DNA of 64,000 nt from Cenococcum geophilum (lineage: Eukaryota), in assembly GCA_050273025.1 (NCBI GenBank), contig CP158636.1, forward strand, positions 7,750,001-7,814,000. The letters are read 5' to 3'. Positions 62,648 through 64,000 of this stretch are shown piece by piece (position 1 is the first letter of the stretch; every line of letters starts with the position of its first letter). Made by a program: the position numbers and the translations under genes. The notes beneath the pieces were generated by a model. The model saw only the letters and a list, made by a program, of their open reading frames with translations, was not told where the DNA came from and did not search any database.

Positions 62648-64000
62648 TATAACGGAACCTTATAGCAAGAACTACGATGGGTTCGTCAATGGGCTAGGTG
62701 TGTAGGAAATGCAAGTATAAAAGTCAACAACGTAATAACAACTGGTGGAGTAGTTGCCTAACAGATTAACTCTAATTGTATTCTAAGAATCACTATAAGG
62801 AAGGAACTATCTAGGTAAGGACTAAGGGTCCTTAAATACACAACCGTACTCCTATAAAATCCTTCTTATACGTAATATACGTCTTATACGTAAGGTACGT
62901 AAGTTTCTCTTATTCCTTTTGTTTAATACGTAGCACATTATATAACCTTGGTTACTATTTCTCGTTATATAGTTCTACCGGCTTTATTCTGGACCGTGCC
63001 TAAATTAACTAACTAGCTTCTTCTAACTTTTCTCTAAGTAGTCGTAACATTATACTTAAAGTGTCCGTAATACTATCTCCCTTCTCTTTATCTTCGTCCT
63101 TAAAGATTTAAAATATCTCTAAGTTATTTACTAGAGGTGTAATATCCGTTTAATTAATTTAGTTAATATTATTGCTTATTATACCTAAAGCAATTTCTTC
63201 TTTACACGCCTAACGTCGTGCTCGCACTGTTACTGCAATATTATTTCTTAGTAAGATTATACCGTCTCCGTGTTCTCGTTGTTTAAAAGAGGGGTTAGTT
63301 TATATTACGTTAGCGAACCTATCTTTGCGACAACCATCCTCTTACTTAAAGTATACTAAAGCGAATATTTATTTATTCTATGACGTTTGCTCTACTTCTA
63401 ATGCTAAATATACGCGACCTATTACTCTTAATAGTCGTCTAGTTCCCTAGTTAATTTATCTTAGGGTTTTATATTTAATCTACTGCTATATGGCTAGATA
63501 GTAAACTGTCATAAGCCCTTGCTAAGTTAGAACGTTCCCGTAATGCGGAATAAAAGGCCCTAGATACTTAAATTACAGCGTTTACTCGTCTGCTTCGTCT
63601 TAAGAAGGTTTATAAAAAGGTTTATTCTAAGGAGTAAAAACTTATAGAATAAGGTTTATAGGAACTAAGTAATAAAAGAACGGATTCTTCTCTAATAGAG
63701 AAGGAAACAGATCTAAGTAATTCGGCAACTACTCTTCTTAGGTCCCCCTTAGGTAACTTATTCTTTAGCGATCCTTTTTTATTAATACTGCCTAACCTAA
63801 TCTCTTTTGATACTCCTATACCTTTCCTATAGCGTTCTTTAAATTCTCTAGTGGCTCCTAGGTAGTCTTAGTATAGCCTATCCACTTAACCTCGTACCAT
63901 GTTTCGTCGTTAATATCCTTATAATTAATAATCTTTAATACTTGCTATTCGTCTTTTTCTTATCCTCTATATATGTCTGCTTTATAGACTGGTAGCTTAA
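62648..64000 (-). mobile_element. Gypsy D (same family as Gypsy C), 3' end on minus strand, continues beyond window
   Basis: LTR 62648-63072, PPT complement ctatctcccttctct, antisense Zn-finger ORF from 63181, chromodomain ~63830-63950. Confidence 0.92.

Overview
Filamentous-ascomycete (Pezizomycotina-type) heterochromatic DNA, almost entirely degraded by repeat-induced point mutation (RIP: TpA excess, CpA/TpG loss, codons reading as C>T/G>A versions of known motifs). Protein sequences marked de-RIP are my manual reversal of these transitions, i.e. inference. Only one gene looks intact: a spliced HxxxD CoA-dependent acyltransferase (56381-57944). The rest is nested mobile DNA: four Ty3/Gypsy copies, a solo LTR, Tad1-like LINE fragments, an Ngaro-type tyrosine-recombinase retrotransposon, Tc1-type and pogo/Fot1-type transposons, and a RecQ-helicase-bearing element. 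It also holds pseudogenes for two NACHT-WD40 NLRs, a SesB-like lipase effector and a DUF7924-like protein. Three highlights. (1) A fossil amyloid-signalling immune pair: a lipase effector with a C-terminal motif sits next to an NLR carrying a matching N-terminal motif and a predicted myristoylation start. (2) Both NLR loci lie in adjacent foldback-like units whose long inverted arms include the genes' 5' parts and share a terminal motif. (3) An SVA-like composite retroposon (pyrimidine repeat, hairpin VNTR, LINE 3' tail, polyA, 13-bp TSD) is inserted in a Gypsy integrase.
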